From Candidatus Palauibacter sp. (lineage in GTDB: Bacteria; Gemmatimonadota; Gemmatimonadetes; Palauibacterales; Palauibacteraceae): DNA of 64,000 nt. A program made the translations under genes and the position numbers. The stretch's first letter is position 1. Every line of letters begins with the position of its first letter. The stretch is from assembly GCF_965222475.1 (NCBI RefSeq), contig NZ_CBDCUB010000001.1, positions 1,002,982 to 1,066,981 on the forward strand, read 5' to 3'. A model generated the notes under the pieces. That model did no database searches, was not told the DNA's origin, and saw only the letters and a program-made list of their open reading frames with translations. Below are positions 27,962 through 37,573 of this stretch, in pieces.

Positions 27962-28857
27962 CATGTTCCTTCTCCGGCTCCCGCGGGGCGCAGCTTCGCG
28001 GCCAACTCCGCGAGCCGATCCGCCTCCGGGCCCGCGTCGGCAAACCACGCATCGAGGGTCCCTTCGTCCGCGGCGGTAGCCAGGCGGCGGTCGAACGGGA
28101 TGCGGGCGAGGAGCGGGATGCCGAAGCGGCGCGCGAGATCCTCGCCGGCGCTCCCCGCGTGCAGGGGGGCGAGGGCTCCGCATTCGTCGCAGCGTGCGCC
28201 GGCCATGTTCTCGACCACGCCGTGGACCCGGATGCCGCGCGTTACCGCCAGGTCCAGCGAGCGGGCCACGGCATCCCGCGAGGCGGCGCTCGGGATCGTC
28301 ACCGCGAGAGCACCCGCAAGGCCGGGGACGAGCCCGTGCAGTTCCGCGAGGCGCTGGGTGCCGGGCGGCAGGTCGACGAGCAGCGTGTCCAGGGGTCCCC
28401 AGGCCACATCCGACAGGAATTCGCGAACGGCCCCCCGCTCCTGGGCGCCCCGCCACACGAAGCCCGCGTCGGCGGCGTCCTTCCACGTGAGCGCACGGTC
28501 CGGCTCGAGCAGGAGCGCCATCGACATGAGGCGGATCCCCGCCGGCGACACGGCCGGTTCGAGTCCATCCGGGCCGTCGACGAGAGGCCCCGGTTCGACG
28601 CCGAGCAGGCCCGCGGCGCTGGGGCCGTTGAGGTCCGCGTCGATCAAGCCCACCCGCTCGCCGCGACGGGCCAGGGCCGTCGCGAGGAGAGCCGCAAGGA
28701 GGCTCTTCCCCACCCCGCCCTTGCCGCTCATCACGGCCACGACCCGTGACACGGACGCGAGCCGGGCGGCCAACCGCTCGTCCTGCGCCGCGATCTGGTC
28801 GGGCAGTTCGGAGCGGAGTTCGTCCACTTCGTGGTAGGTGCGGATTCCGGGACTCAT
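27961..28857 (-). CDS. apbC: Mrp/NBP35-family Fe-S cluster carrier ATPase
   Basis: Deviant Walker A SGKGGVGKS, CDECG-type C-terminal Cys pair; 3' end overlaps next start. Confidence 0.8.
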   Translation of the reverse strand: MSPGIRTYHEVDELRSELPDQIAAQDERLAARLASVSRVVAVMSGKGGVGKSLLAALLATALARRGERVGLIDADLNGPSAAGLLGVEPGPLVDGPDGLEPAVSPAGIRLMSMALLLEPDRALTWKDAADAGFVWRGAQERGAVREFLSDVAWGPLDTLLVDLPPGTQRLAELHGLVPGLAGALAVTIPSAASRDAVARSLDLAVTRGIRVHGVVENMAGARCDECGALAPLHAGSAGEDLARRFGIPLLARIPFDRRLATAADEGTLDAWFADAGPEADRLAELAAKLRPAGAGEGT

Positions 28858-28979
28858 CGCGCGGCAAGCTCCCACGGGGTCGGCAGGGGGTCAACCGCCG
28901 TGCATCGGCGAAGTTTCGGCCCCGGTCCCGTTATCGTACGATGTCGAGGTCGGTCGGAGCTATCCAAAACGGACATCGC

Positions 28980-29186
28980 ATGTCGATCATCGGCTTTCAC
29001 CGCTTCCTCATCGCCACGGCCATCGTCTTCTGCGCGGTATTCGCCGCGTGGGAGTTCCGTATCTTCTCCGCCAGCGGCGGCCTCGGGCCCCTCGCCCTCG
29101 GCGTCCTGTTCGCCCTCGCGGCGGCGGCGCTGGCCTATTACCTGGCCAACCTGGCCCGCTTCCTGAACAGGGAAACGCTTCAGTAG
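28980..29186 (+). CDS. small 2-TM membrane protein, unknown
   Basis: 68-aa ORF MSIIGFHRFLIATAIVFCAVFAAW...; weak support. Confidence 0.25.
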   Translation: MSIIGFHRFLIATAIVFCAVFAAWEFRIFSASGGLGPLALGVLFALAAAALAYYLANLARFLNRETLQ

Positions 29187-29191
29187 GCGCC

Positions 29192-29827
29192 GTGCGCGTG
29201 GAAAGTCGGGAGAATGCCGGGGCACGACGGCCGGTCGGGCTGTATCTCGCCGGGGTCATCTTCCTCCTCGTCATCATCGTCGTCGTCGCGGGCTCTTTCG
29301 TACGGCCCGACCCGCTGACCTTCGTGCCGACTCCGGTCGTTCCCCGGCCTCCTGCGGAATATTTCGTGGTGGACACCGTGACGGTCGACGCACGCGACGG
29401 CTCCGAGTGGGTCTATTTCGACTTCGACAAGGGGAGCGCGGTCGCCGGGCCGCTGGCGGGCTGGGACCTCGCGGTCAACCGGTACCACATCATCGTGAAC
29501 GGGGGGGCGGGATACGCGGGGGCCGGCGGGGCCATCGCCACGAGCGTGCCGTGGGCGGCCGTGACCGAGGCGCCCGCGGGCGGCTACGCGACCACCGAGG
29601 GAACGGTCGACGAGGGGGCCGCCACGCCGGGGCTCGAGCACTGGTACCAGTACGGGTTCTTCTCCCACCTCCTCGAACCGAAGGATGAGACGTACGTCAT
29701 CCGGACGGCGGAGGGGCGCTACGCCAAGCTCAGGATCCTCAGCTACTACTGCCCGCAGGCGACGCCCGGTTGCATGACCCTCCTGTACGGGTACCAGGGG
29801 GACGGGACGCGCCGCCTCACGGGCTGA
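29192..29827 (+). CDS. signal-anchored HmuY-like (putative heme-binding) beta-sandwich protein
   Basis: N-terminal anchor GLYLAGVIFLLVIIVVV; motifs WDLAVNRYHIIVNGG ... RYAKLRILSYY...LLYGYQ reminiscent of the HmuY family; start (GTG 29192/29198) uncertain. Confidence 0.35.
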   Translation: MRVESRENAGARRPVGLYLAGVIFLLVIIVVVAGSFVRPDPLTFVPTPVVPRPPAEYFVVDTVTVDARDGSEWVYFDFDKGSAVAGPLAGWDLAVNRYHIIVNGGAGYAGAGGAIATSVPWAAVTEAPAGGYATTEGTVDEGAATPGLEHWYQYGFFSHLLEPKDETYVIRTAEGRYAKLRILSYYCPQATPGCMTLLYGYQGDGTRRLTG

Positions 29828-30776
29828 GCCGGCGGGCGCGCTCGACGAGGGCGGCCGCGCCCGCTTCCAGCATGCGTTCCGCCAGGCACCGACCCACGTG
29901 GGCCGCTTCGGACGCCGGCCCCGACGCGGCATCCTCGATCGGCGGGCCACCGCCCACGTCATAGACCGCGGCTTCGAGCCGCAGCCCGTCCCCGGTTCGC
30001 CGGGCGCGGGCGGCGATGGGCACGCGGCAGCCCCCTTCGAGGGCAGCAAGGAGGGCCCGTTCGGCCGTCGCCTCGACCCTCGCGCCCGGGTCGTCCAGCG
30101 CCCGGACCCGGGCCATCACGCGCTCGTCGCCCGCGCGGCATTGCAGGCCGAGCGCGCCCTGCCCCGGCGCGGGAAGCCATCCCTCGTCGAGCACGGCCGC
30201 GCCGCGCGGCCAGAGGCGGAGCCGCCGCAGCCCCGCGGCGGCCAGAACCAGCGCCTCGAAGGCACCCTCCTCGAGTTTCCGCAGGCGCGTGTCGACGTTG
30301 CCTCGTACGGGCCTCGGTTCGAAGTCCGGCCGGTACGCCCGGAGTTGGGCGGCGCGCCGCAGGGACGACGTGCCGACGCGCGCGGCGGCGGGCAGGCGTT
30401 CGAGTGCGTCCAAACCGCGCTCCGGAGCATCGACCGGCGCGAACGAATCCCGAACCACCACGACATCGCGCGGGTCCTCGCGCTCCGGCACCGCCCCGAG
30501 ATCGAGTCCCTCGGGCGGATCCACGGGAAGGTCCTTCAGCGAATGCACGGCGACGTCGATGCGCCCCTCCCGAAGCGCCCGCTCGAGGTCTTCCGTGAAC
30601 AGCCCTTTGCCCCCGATCGCCGGGAGGGGGGTCTTCCGGTCGCGATCCCCGGCCGTGGAGATGAAGTCGTAGTCGACGGACAGGTCGGGCCAGCGTTCGC
30701 GCAGCCGCTCCCCGACCCACTTGGCCTGCGCGCGAGAAAGCGGAGACCGCCGGGCTCCGACGACCAGTTGCCTCAC
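29817..30776 (-). CDS. hemC: hydroxymethylbilane synthase (porphobilinogen deaminase)
   Basis: VGTSSLRR, cofactor-binding Cys region GGCRVPIAA. Confidence 0.85.
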   Translation of the reverse strand: MRQLVVGARRSPLSRAQAKWVGERLRERWPDLSVDYDFISTAGDRDRKTPLPAIGGKGLFTEDLERALREGRIDVAVHSLKDLPVDPPEGLDLGAVPEREDPRDVVVVRDSFAPVDAPERGLDALERLPAAARVGTSSLRRAAQLRAYRPDFEPRPVRGNVDTRLRKLEEGAFEALVLAAAGLRRLRLWPRGAAVLDEGWLPAPGQGALGLQCRAGDERVMARVRALDDPGARVEATAERALLAALEGGCRVPIAARARRTGDGLRLEAAVYDVGGGPPIEDAASGPASEAAHVGRCLAERMLEAGAAALVERARRLSP

Positions 30777-31270
30777 TCCGGGCCCGCTCCCGGCCCGCCC
30801 AGCACCTCCGGAAGCCGCGCCCGGTCGACCTTACCCACCCCGTTCAGCGGCATCTCCTCCACCAGCACGATCCGCCTGGGGTGGGCATAGGCGGGACCCT
30901 TCACCGCATCACCCCACGATGCGTCCGACACCGAGATGGTGCGGCCGTGGCGCCGCAGGCGGGCCGTGGCGAGGAGCCGGGGACCGGTGCAGGGGCGCAG
31001 GTAGTCGACCCGCAGCGAGATGGTGGGCACTCCGCCCCCGGCCCGCACCGCGACGACCATGTCCCCGGCGATGTCGATCAGCGACGCGACCGGACCGCCG
31101 TGATAGATCGTGCCGTCGCGGGTGAGATCGGGCCGCATGGTCATCCCGACGACCACCGTGTCCCCGCCCACCCCCTCGAAGGTGATTCCGAGTGCGACGA
31201 TCGCCTCGAAGCCCGCGAGGATGGACTCGATCAGGGTCCGGGAAGCGGCGTCACCTCCCCTACCTCGCAT
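30773..31270 (-). CDS. hotdog-fold thioesterase (PaaI/4HBT-like)
   Basis: GGP..SLIDIAGDMVV ... hotdog pattern; start moved to ATG 31270. Confidence 0.55.
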   Translation of the reverse strand: MRGRGGDAASRTLIESILAGFEAIVALGITFEGVGGDTVVVGMTMRPDLTRDGTIYHGGPVASLIDIAGDMVVAVRAGGGVPTISLRVDYLRPCTGPRLLATARLRRHGRTISVSDASWGDAVKGPAYAHPRRIVLVEEMPLNGVGKVDRARLPEVLGGPGAGPE

Positions 31271-32969
31271 AGTAGAGCAGAAGGAGGACGCCGAGCAGGA
31301 CGGCGACCCAGATGACGGACGCGCCGGTAGGCCAGGTGCGGGCCAGAACGCCGCTGGGACCCATGTACCGCCGGGCCGACCGCACCGCGCTCCCGGCCGT
31401 CGCCACGCCGCGTGCCGCCACACCGCCCCGCAGGGCCCAGGCGAGACGCCCCACGCCGAGCGCCAGGGCCTTGCCCGGCCGGCGATAGAGCCAGTCCGCG
31501 TCGAGGTTCGTCGATGGCAGCTCGTGCGGCTCGCGGTCCGACAGCCTCAGCCACACGAACGCCAGGACGGCGAAGAAGACGAGCTGCAGCTGGCTGATCA
31601 CGTGCGCGGAAGTGAAGGGCACATACGCCACTTCGTACGGCAGGTTCGGATACAGGAACAGCTGCGGGAAGCTCCCGTTGAAGACGCACAGGAAGGCCGC
31701 GATCCCCATCGCGATCAACATGCTCCGCGGGGCTTCCTTGACCCGAATCCCGGAGTCCGGCGCGAAGAAGCCGTAGAACGGGATCTTGATCCCCGCGTGG
31801 TGGAGCACGCCGGCGGAGGCGAAGAGCAGGAAGAGCCAGACGACGTCGAGGTTCTGCTCCAGGGCCGCCGCCATCACCATCGACTTGCTCACGAAGCCGC
31901 TGAACAGCGGGAAGGCGGAGATCGACGCGGCGCCGACGATGCAGAGTCCCGCCGTCTTCGGCATGCTCTTGTAGAGCCCGCCCAGGTCGCTGCACTTCGT
32001 GGTGCCGGTCCGGTACAGCACGGCCCCCATCGACATGAACAGGAGCCCCTTGAACAGCACGTCGTTGAAGGCGTGGGCCACGGCCCCGTTCACGGCCAGC
32101 TCGGTGCCGATCCCGATCCCGCACACCATGAAGCCGATCTGGTTGATCATGCTGTAGCCCAGCACCCGGCGCAGGTCGTTCTCGATCACCGCGTAGAAGA
32201 TCGGGAACAGCGTCATGAGGACGCCGACGTAGATCAGGAGTTCGGTCCCCGCGTACCCCCGCGCCAGCGCGTACACGGCCACCTTGGTCGTGAACGCGCT
32301 CAGGAAGACGGCGCCGCTGTACGTGGCCTCGGGATAGGCGTCTGTGAGCCAGTTGTGGAGAAGCGGGAAGGCCGCCTTGATGCCGAATCCGAGGAGGATG
32401 AGGTTCGTCCCCAGCGTCCCCGTCCCCAGGTGGTCGAAGGCGACCGACCCGGTCGCGCGCGCGTGTGCGATGATCCCCGCCAGGAGGATGACCCCCGACC
32501 CGACCTGCACGATGAGGTAGCGCATCCCGGCCCGGTAGGAGCGCTCCGTGCCGCGCGCCCACACGAGGAAGACGGAACTCAGCGCCAGCAGTTCCCAGAA
32601 CACGAACAGCGTGATCAGGTCGCCCGCTCCGACGGCCCCGATCGCGGCGCCGGCGTAGATCAGCGCCGAAGCGTCCTCGAGCGCGCTTCCCGCCCGGCGG
32701 GCGAAGATGAGTCCGATGAGGGCGGCGACGTGGAACAACCACCCGAAGAGCCGGCTCAGCCCGTCCACGCGCACGAGGGTCAGCTCGTACGAGAAGATCG
32801 AGATCCGCCCGAACTCCCCTTCCCCGAGCGACACCAGCCAGATGAGGCTGGCGACCGGCAGGAGGAGGACCCAGGCCGTGCGGGCGCGGCCCCGGAAGGC
32901 AGGCACGAGCAGCGCCCCGAGGATCATCACCGCGGCGGGCGGGAGGCCGCCCGGGAGACTACCGATCAT
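31260..32969 (-). CDS. Mrp antiporter / complex I NuoL/M/N-like proton-pumping subunit (MrpD/A-like, third paralogue)
   Basis: 569 aa, about 14 TM, WLTDAYPEATYSGAVFLSAFTTKVAVYALAR-type conserved helices. Confidence 0.75.
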   Translation of the reverse strand: MIGSLPGGLPPAAVMILGALLVPAFRGRARTAWVLLLPVASLIWLVSLGEGEFGRISIFSYELTLVRVDGLSRLFGWLFHVAALIGLIFARRAGSALEDASALIYAGAAIGAVGAGDLITLFVFWELLALSSVFLVWARGTERSYRAGMRYLIVQVGSGVILLAGIIAHARATGSVAFDHLGTGTLGTNLILLGFGIKAAFPLLHNWLTDAYPEATYSGAVFLSAFTTKVAVYALARGYAGTELLIYVGVLMTLFPIFYAVIENDLRRVLGYSMINQIGFMVCGIGIGTELAVNGAVAHAFNDVLFKGLLFMSMGAVLYRTGTTKCSDLGGLYKSMPKTAGLCIVGAASISAFPLFSGFVSKSMVMAAALEQNLDVVWLFLLFASAGVLHHAGIKIPFYGFFAPDSGIRVKEAPRSMLIAMGIAAFLCVFNGSFPQLFLYPNLPYEVAYVPFTSAHVISQLQLVFFAVLAFVWLRLSDREPHELPSTNLDADWLYRRPGKALALGVGRLAWALRGGVAARGVATAGSAVRSARRYMGPSGVLARTWPTGASVIWVAVLLGVLLLLYYAR

Positions 32970-33261
32970 AGTAGTCCTCGTCCCGCATGACGCCCTTCCT
33001 GAGCGCCTTCGCCGTGTAGACGATCGCCGTGTAGGCGAGGAAGCCGTAAAACGCGTAGAAGCCGGGCCACCCCTCCCAGTCGCGCTCCTGGTGGCGCCAC
33101 TCGTGCCACCCCAGCTCCTTCTGGATGAGGCTCGCGACGTCGAGCGCGACGACGACGGCGCACACGATGAACAGGATCGCGATGAGCCTCTTCCAGCGCT
33201 TCGGATCGTCGAAGTAGTGTTTCCGTCCGCCCGTATCCGGTCTTTCCGGGGCCATGGCCAT
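32959..33261 (-). CDS. small membrane protein inside the mrp operon
   Basis: 100 aa (MAMAPERPDT...), two hydrophobic helices; tight coupling to flanking mrpD genes. Confidence 0.4.
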   Translation of the reverse strand: MAMAPERPDTGGRKHYFDDPKRWKRLIAILFIVCAVVVALDVASLIQKELGWHEWRHQERDWEGWPGFYAFYGFLAYTAIVYTAKALRKGVMRDEDYYDR

Positions 33262-33263
33262 GA

Positions 33264-34730
33264 CTAACCTCCGCCCAGGGGAGCGAGCAGGCGATACACA
33301 TCGTCCGCGAGGAAGAAGAGGACGATGCAGCCCAGCGCGGTGAAGGAGAGCGCGGCGACGCAGAAGGCCGGCGCCTCCTTGAAGCGCGGCGGCTCCGATC
33401 CGTCGGCGGGCTTCGAGAAGAAGGCCCGGATGGGGATCGGGATGAGGTACGCGATGTTGAGCAGCGAACTGATCATGAGCACGGCCACGAATACGATCTG
33501 GCCCGCGTCCAGCGCCCCCAGCGCGAGATACCACTTGCTCCAGCTCCCCCCGAGCGGAGGCACGCCGATGACGCTGAGGGCGCCGATGAGGAACGCCGCC
33601 ATCGTGATCGGCATCGCCCGCCCCAGCCCCCGCATGTCGCTGATCTCGGTCTTGTGCGCGGCGACGTAGATCGCGCCGGCGCAGAAGAAGAGGGTGATCT
33701 TGCCGAAGGCGTGCATCACGATGTGCATGCTTCCGCCCACCACGCCCCACGCGTTGGCGAGCGCCGCGCCCAGCACGATGTAGGAGAGCTGGCTCACGGT
33801 GGAGTAGGCGAGTCGGCGCTTGAGGTTGTCCTGCGCCATGGCCACGAGGGAGCCGACGATGACCGTGATCCCGGCCGCGTACATCAGCCACACGCTGATC
33901 CCGGTCGAAGACAGCAGGTCGAGACCGAAGATGTAGACGACGACCTTCATCACCGTGAACACGCCCGCCTTCACGACGGCGACCGCGTGCAGGAGTGCGC
34001 TTACCGGGGTCGGCGCCACCATCGCGGCCGGGAGCCAGCGGTGGAAGGGCATCAACGCCGCCTTGCCCGTCCCGAAGACGTAGAGCACGAGCAGCGTGAG
34101 GAGCACCGGTTCGCTTGCCCGTCCCTCGAGGATGCCCCCGGCCCGGAAGTCGAGCGTGCCCGCGATGACCCAGGTCCACACGACCGCGAGGAGCAGGAAA
34201 CCGACGGAGGTCGTGACCAGGACCCCCAGATACGTGCGGGCGCCCCTCATCGCCTTGGGCGTCCCGTGGTGCGAGACGAGCGGGTAGGTCGAGAGGGTCA
34301 GGACCTCGTAAAAGAGGAAGAGCGTGAGCATGTTGCTGGCGAGCGCCACGCCCATGGCCGCGCAGATGGAAACAGCGAAGCACACGTAGAAGCGGGTCTG
34401 GTGCCGCTCCCTGTGCCCGCGCATGTAGCCGATCGAGTAGATTGAGGTGACGATCCAGAGGCCGGAGGCCACCAGCGCGAAGAGCAGCCCCAGCGGCTCG
34501 AGCCGCAGCACCAGGCCCAGGCCACCCGGAAGCAGCCACACGAGCAGGACGGCAGGGTTCGACCCGCCGGTCACATGTGGGATGAGAGAGACGACGAACC
34601 CGAAGAGCGCCAGCCCGGTGACGACCGTGGCGGTGTCCCGCGCGTTCGGCCAGCGGCCGAGCGCGGCAATGACCACCGCCCCGGCGAGGGGGATCAGCAG
34701 CGCGAAGTGGAGGGGGACGATCCCGCTCAC
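33264..34730 (-). CDS. mrpD: Na+/H+ antiporter subunit D-like (NuoN/M family)
   Basis: 488 aa multi-TM; WLPAAMVAPTPVSALLHAVAVVKAGV motif. Confidence 0.75.
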   Translation of the reverse strand: MSGIVPLHFALLIPLAGAVVIAALGRWPNARDTATVVTGLALFGFVVSLIPHVTGGSNPAVLLVWLLPGGLGLVLRLEPLGLLFALVASGLWIVTSIYSIGYMRGHRERHQTRFYVCFAVSICAAMGVALASNMLTLFLFYEVLTLSTYPLVSHHGTPKAMRGARTYLGVLVTTSVGFLLLAVVWTWVIAGTLDFRAGGILEGRASEPVLLTLLVLYVFGTGKAALMPFHRWLPAAMVAPTPVSALLHAVAVVKAGVFTVMKVVVYIFGLDLLSSTGISVWLMYAAGITVIVGSLVAMAQDNLKRRLAYSTVSQLSYIVLGAALANAWGVVGGSMHIVMHAFGKITLFFCAGAIYVAAHKTEISDMRGLGRAMPITMAAFLIGALSVIGVPPLGGSWSKWYLALGALDAGQIVFVAVLMISSLLNIAYLIPIPIRAFFSKPADGSEPPRFKEAPAFCVAALSFTALGCIVLFFLADDVYRLLAPLGGG

Positions 34731-36208
34731 CGTAGGCCCCCGAGCACCGCTTCCGCCGCCCGGCTCGCGACGCCGGCCGAATACGACGTGTAGATGCCGA
34801 AGAAGACCGTCGCCGCGAGGAGCACCCAGGTCGGAATCAGCATCGATAACGGCGCCTCGCGCGCCTCGCGCGCGCGCTCACTCGGCTCGCGGAAGAACGC
34901 GATCTCCAGGACCCGCCATACGTAGACGAGCGCGAGGAGCGAACTGAACAGCACGATGACGGCGACGAGCATGCTGTAGTCCTCCAGCGCCGCCTGGATG
35001 AGATACCACTTGCTGATGAAGCCGGCCGTGGCCGGCACGCCGATGAGCCCCAGGCCGCCGAGCGCCCAGGCGGCCATCGTCCACGGCATCGCGCGCCCGA
35101 TCCCGGCCATGTCCTCGAGGTCGACCGAGTGCAGCCGCAGCATGATGCACCCCATCGCCATGAACAGGCCGCCCTTGATGAGCGCGTGGTTGAACAGGTG
35201 CACGATGCCGCCCGTGAGCCCGGTCGCGGTGGCGAAGCTGATCCCGAGCACCATGTAGCCGATCTGGGCCACCGAGGAATAGGCGAGCATCCGTTTCACG
35301 TTGCGCTGGAAGATCGCCACCGTGGAGGCGATCACGATCCCGGCGAGCGCGAGCGGCATGAGCGCGCGCCCGAGCCCGAGTTCCTCGAACGAGAACTCGA
35401 TGCCGAACACGCTGAACATGAAGCGCAGCAGGATGTAGACGGAGACCTTCGTCGCCGTCGCCGCGATGAAGGCGCTCACCACGGACGGCGCGTACGCGTA
35501 GGCGTTCGGCAGCCAGACGTGCAGCGGGAAGAGCGCCATCTTGAGGGCGATCCCCACCGTAAGGAACCCGAACGCGACGAGCGCCGTGCGACTGCCCCCG
35601 GCCGCCGGCAGCCGCGCGGCCATGTCCGCCATGTTCAGCGTCCCCGTCATCTGGTACATGAGACCGATGCCGATGAGGATGAACGTGGCTCCGATCGTCC
35701 CCATGACGAGGTACTGGAAGGCGGCCGGAAGCGCCTGCCGGCGCCCCCCCTGGGCGATGAGCGCGTAGGAGGAGAGCGCCGAGATCTCGAGGAAGACGAA
35801 GACGTTGAACAGGTCCCCGGTGATCGCGATCCCGAGCAGGCCCGTGAGGCAGAGCAGGTACAGGGTGCAGAACAGGTAGTGCCGCGAGGCGGGGATCTCG
35901 TCCGCCAGGCTCCGCGGCGCATATGTGAGGACGAGGGCGCCGAGCCCCGATACGAAGAGGAGCACGAAGGCGCTCAGCGCATCGACGCGGTACTCGATCC
36001 CCCACGGCGCGGACCAGCCCCCGAGTTCGTACGTGATGACGCCGCTCGCGAGCACCTCGCCGAGGAGGGCCACGGAGACGGCGAAGGTGATCCAGCAGAC
36101 GCCGATCGCGAACGGCAGCACGAGCGCGCGGCGGCGCAGGATGATGCACAGGGGGGCCGCGATGAGCGGGATGACGACCTGCAGGACCGGAAGCTGTCCG
36201 CCGATCAT
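34727..36208 (-). CDS. Na+/H+ antiporter subunit D/A-like (NuoL/M family)
   Basis: 493 aa multi-TM; WLPNAYAYAPSVVSAFIAATATKVSVY motif. Confidence 0.75.
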   Translation of the reverse strand: MIGGQLPVLQVVIPLIAAPLCIILRRRALVLPFAIGVCWITFAVSVALLGEVLASGVITYELGGWSAPWGIEYRVDALSAFVLLFVSGLGALVLTYAPRSLADEIPASRHYLFCTLYLLCLTGLLGIAITGDLFNVFVFLEISALSSYALIAQGGRRQALPAAFQYLVMGTIGATFILIGIGLMYQMTGTLNMADMAARLPAAGGSRTALVAFGFLTVGIALKMALFPLHVWLPNAYAYAPSVVSAFIAATATKVSVYILLRFMFSVFGIEFSFEELGLGRALMPLALAGIVIASTVAIFQRNVKRMLAYSSVAQIGYMVLGISFATATGLTGGIVHLFNHALIKGGLFMAMGCIMLRLHSVDLEDMAGIGRAMPWTMAAWALGGLGLIGVPATAGFISKWYLIQAALEDYSMLVAVIVLFSSLLALVYVWRVLEIAFFREPSERAREAREAPLSMLIPTWVLLAATVFFGIYTSYSAGVASRAAEAVLGGLR

Positions 36209-36576
36209 CGCACCTCGTCCTGCGCCTGGATCTCGTCCTCCTCGATCGTCTCGTACGCCTCGCGGATGCGCACGACGAGAGCGAGCGCCACGGCCGTCGT
36301 CGCCACGCCGACCACGATCGCGGTCAGGATGAGGACGCTGGGGAGCGGGTTGCTGTACACCTCGAACCCCTCGGCGAGGATCGGCGCGCTGCCGCCCGAC
36401 ACCTTCCCCACCGTGATGTACATGAGGAAGACCGAACTCTGGAAGATGTTGAGCCCGATCACCTTCTTGATGAGGTTCCCGCGCGAGATGACGATGTAGA
36501 ACCCCGTCATCATCAGGAAGATGACGACCCAGTAGTTGTAGAGGCCGAGGACGGAATCGAGGGCGGTCTCGGTCAT
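36205..36576 (-). CDS. mrpC: Na+/H+ antiporter subunit C (NuoK-like)
   Basis: 123 aa, 3 TM, MTETALDSVLGLYNYWVVIFLMMTGFYIV. Confidence 0.75.
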   Translation of the reverse strand: MTETALDSVLGLYNYWVVIFLMMTGFYIVISRGNLIKKVIGLNIFQSSVFLMYITVGKVSGGSAPILAEGFEVYSNPLPSVLILTAIVVGVATTAVALALVVRIREAYETIEEDEIQAQDEVR

Positions 36577-36995
36577 GCGCGACCCCGTCCCGCGAAGGTC
36601 GAGTAGATCGCGATCATCACCGCCGCCACCGTCATCCCCACGCCCAGTTCGACGACGAGGATGCCGTAGTGCTGCCCCGACGACGGGTGCGCGGGGGCCA
36701 GGACGCCGTACTCGAGGAAGTTCCCGCCCAGGAGCATCGTCGCGACGCCGGTCCCGGCGAACACGAGGACGCCCGTCGCGATGAGGAGTTCGATCATGCG
36801 CGCGGGCGCGACGCGGCGCACCTCGGTGAGCCCGAAGATCAGCCCGTACAGCACGAAACCGGCCGCGAAGATCACTCCCGCCTGGAAGCCGCCGCCGGGC
36901 CCGTAGTCGCCGTGGAACTGCACGTAGAGGGCGAACAGGAGGACGTACGGGATCAGGAGCTTGCTCACGACGCGGAGGATCGTGTAGTAGGTCAT
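36573..36995 (-). CDS. mrpB: Na+/H+ antiporter subunit B (MnhB)
   Basis: 140 aa, 4 TM, GGGFQAGVIFAAGFVLY motif. Confidence 0.65.
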   Translation of the reverse strand: MTYYTILRVVSKLLIPYVLLFALYVQFHGDYGPGGGFQAGVIFAAGFVLYGLIFGLTEVRRVAPARMIELLIATGVLVFAGTGVATMLLGGNFLEYGVLAPAHPSSGQHYGILVVELGVGMTVAAVMIAIYSTFAGRGRA

Positions 36996-37573
36996 GCCGC
37001 GTCCTCCTCTTCGACATCGATCGGCCGGCGTTTGCGGCTGCCCCGGAGGAGGACGAGCACGGCGATCCCGGCCGTGAAGATGACCACGGTCTCCCCCAGC
37101 GTGTCGTAGCCCCGATAGCTGGCCAGCACCGCGGTGACCACGTTCGGGATGTGGATGTCCTCCTCGGTGCGCTCGACGTAGGAGGGGTGCGGGTAGTTGC
37201 TCGCCGGCGCCTCCGGATCGCCGAAGCGCGGCATGTCGAGCGTGCCGTACACGAGCGCGGCGCCCGTGATGGCGACGACGGCGAGCGGGAGCGCCGGCGG
37301 GCGCACGGGCCGCTTCGCCCTGCGGGTCGTGAGCGCGAGCGTGGCGAGCGCGAGGATGGTCGAGATCCCGGCGCCGACCGCCGCCTCCGTGAAGGCGACA
37401 TCGGGGGCATCGAGCAGGAGCATCCAGCCGGCCCCGAGGAAGCTGAAGATGCCCATCAGCATCACCGCCGCGAACAGGCCCCGCATGCGCACGACGGCGA
37501 TCGCCGTCAGGCAGAGCAGCGTCAGGAGGAGCGCCGTGACGATCTGGACCTCGAGCGCCACCGCCTCGATCAC
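36992..37573 (-). CDS. MnhB-related / MrpA C-terminal-domain-like membrane protein
   Basis: 193 aa multi-TM, operon context. Confidence 0.55.
   Translation of the reverse strand: MIEAVALEVQIVTALLLTLLCLTAIAVVRMRGLFAAVMLMGIFSFLGAGWMLLLDAPDVAFTEAAVGAGISTILALATLALTTRRAKRPVRPPALPLAVVAITGAALVYGTLDMPRFGDPEAPASNYPHPSYVERTEEDIHIPNVVTAVLASYRGYDTLGETVVIFTAGIAVLVLLRGSRKRRPIDVEEEDAA

Noticed and set aside
29407-29688. 93-aa plus-strand ORF inside the HmuY-like gene region
   Set aside because: Alternative frame of the same DNA, R/G-rich. The HmuY-like frame carries the hydrophobic anchor and conserved motifs.
31110-32990. 626-aa plus-strand ORF
   Set aside because: Antisense to the mrpD-like gene, charged low-complexity.
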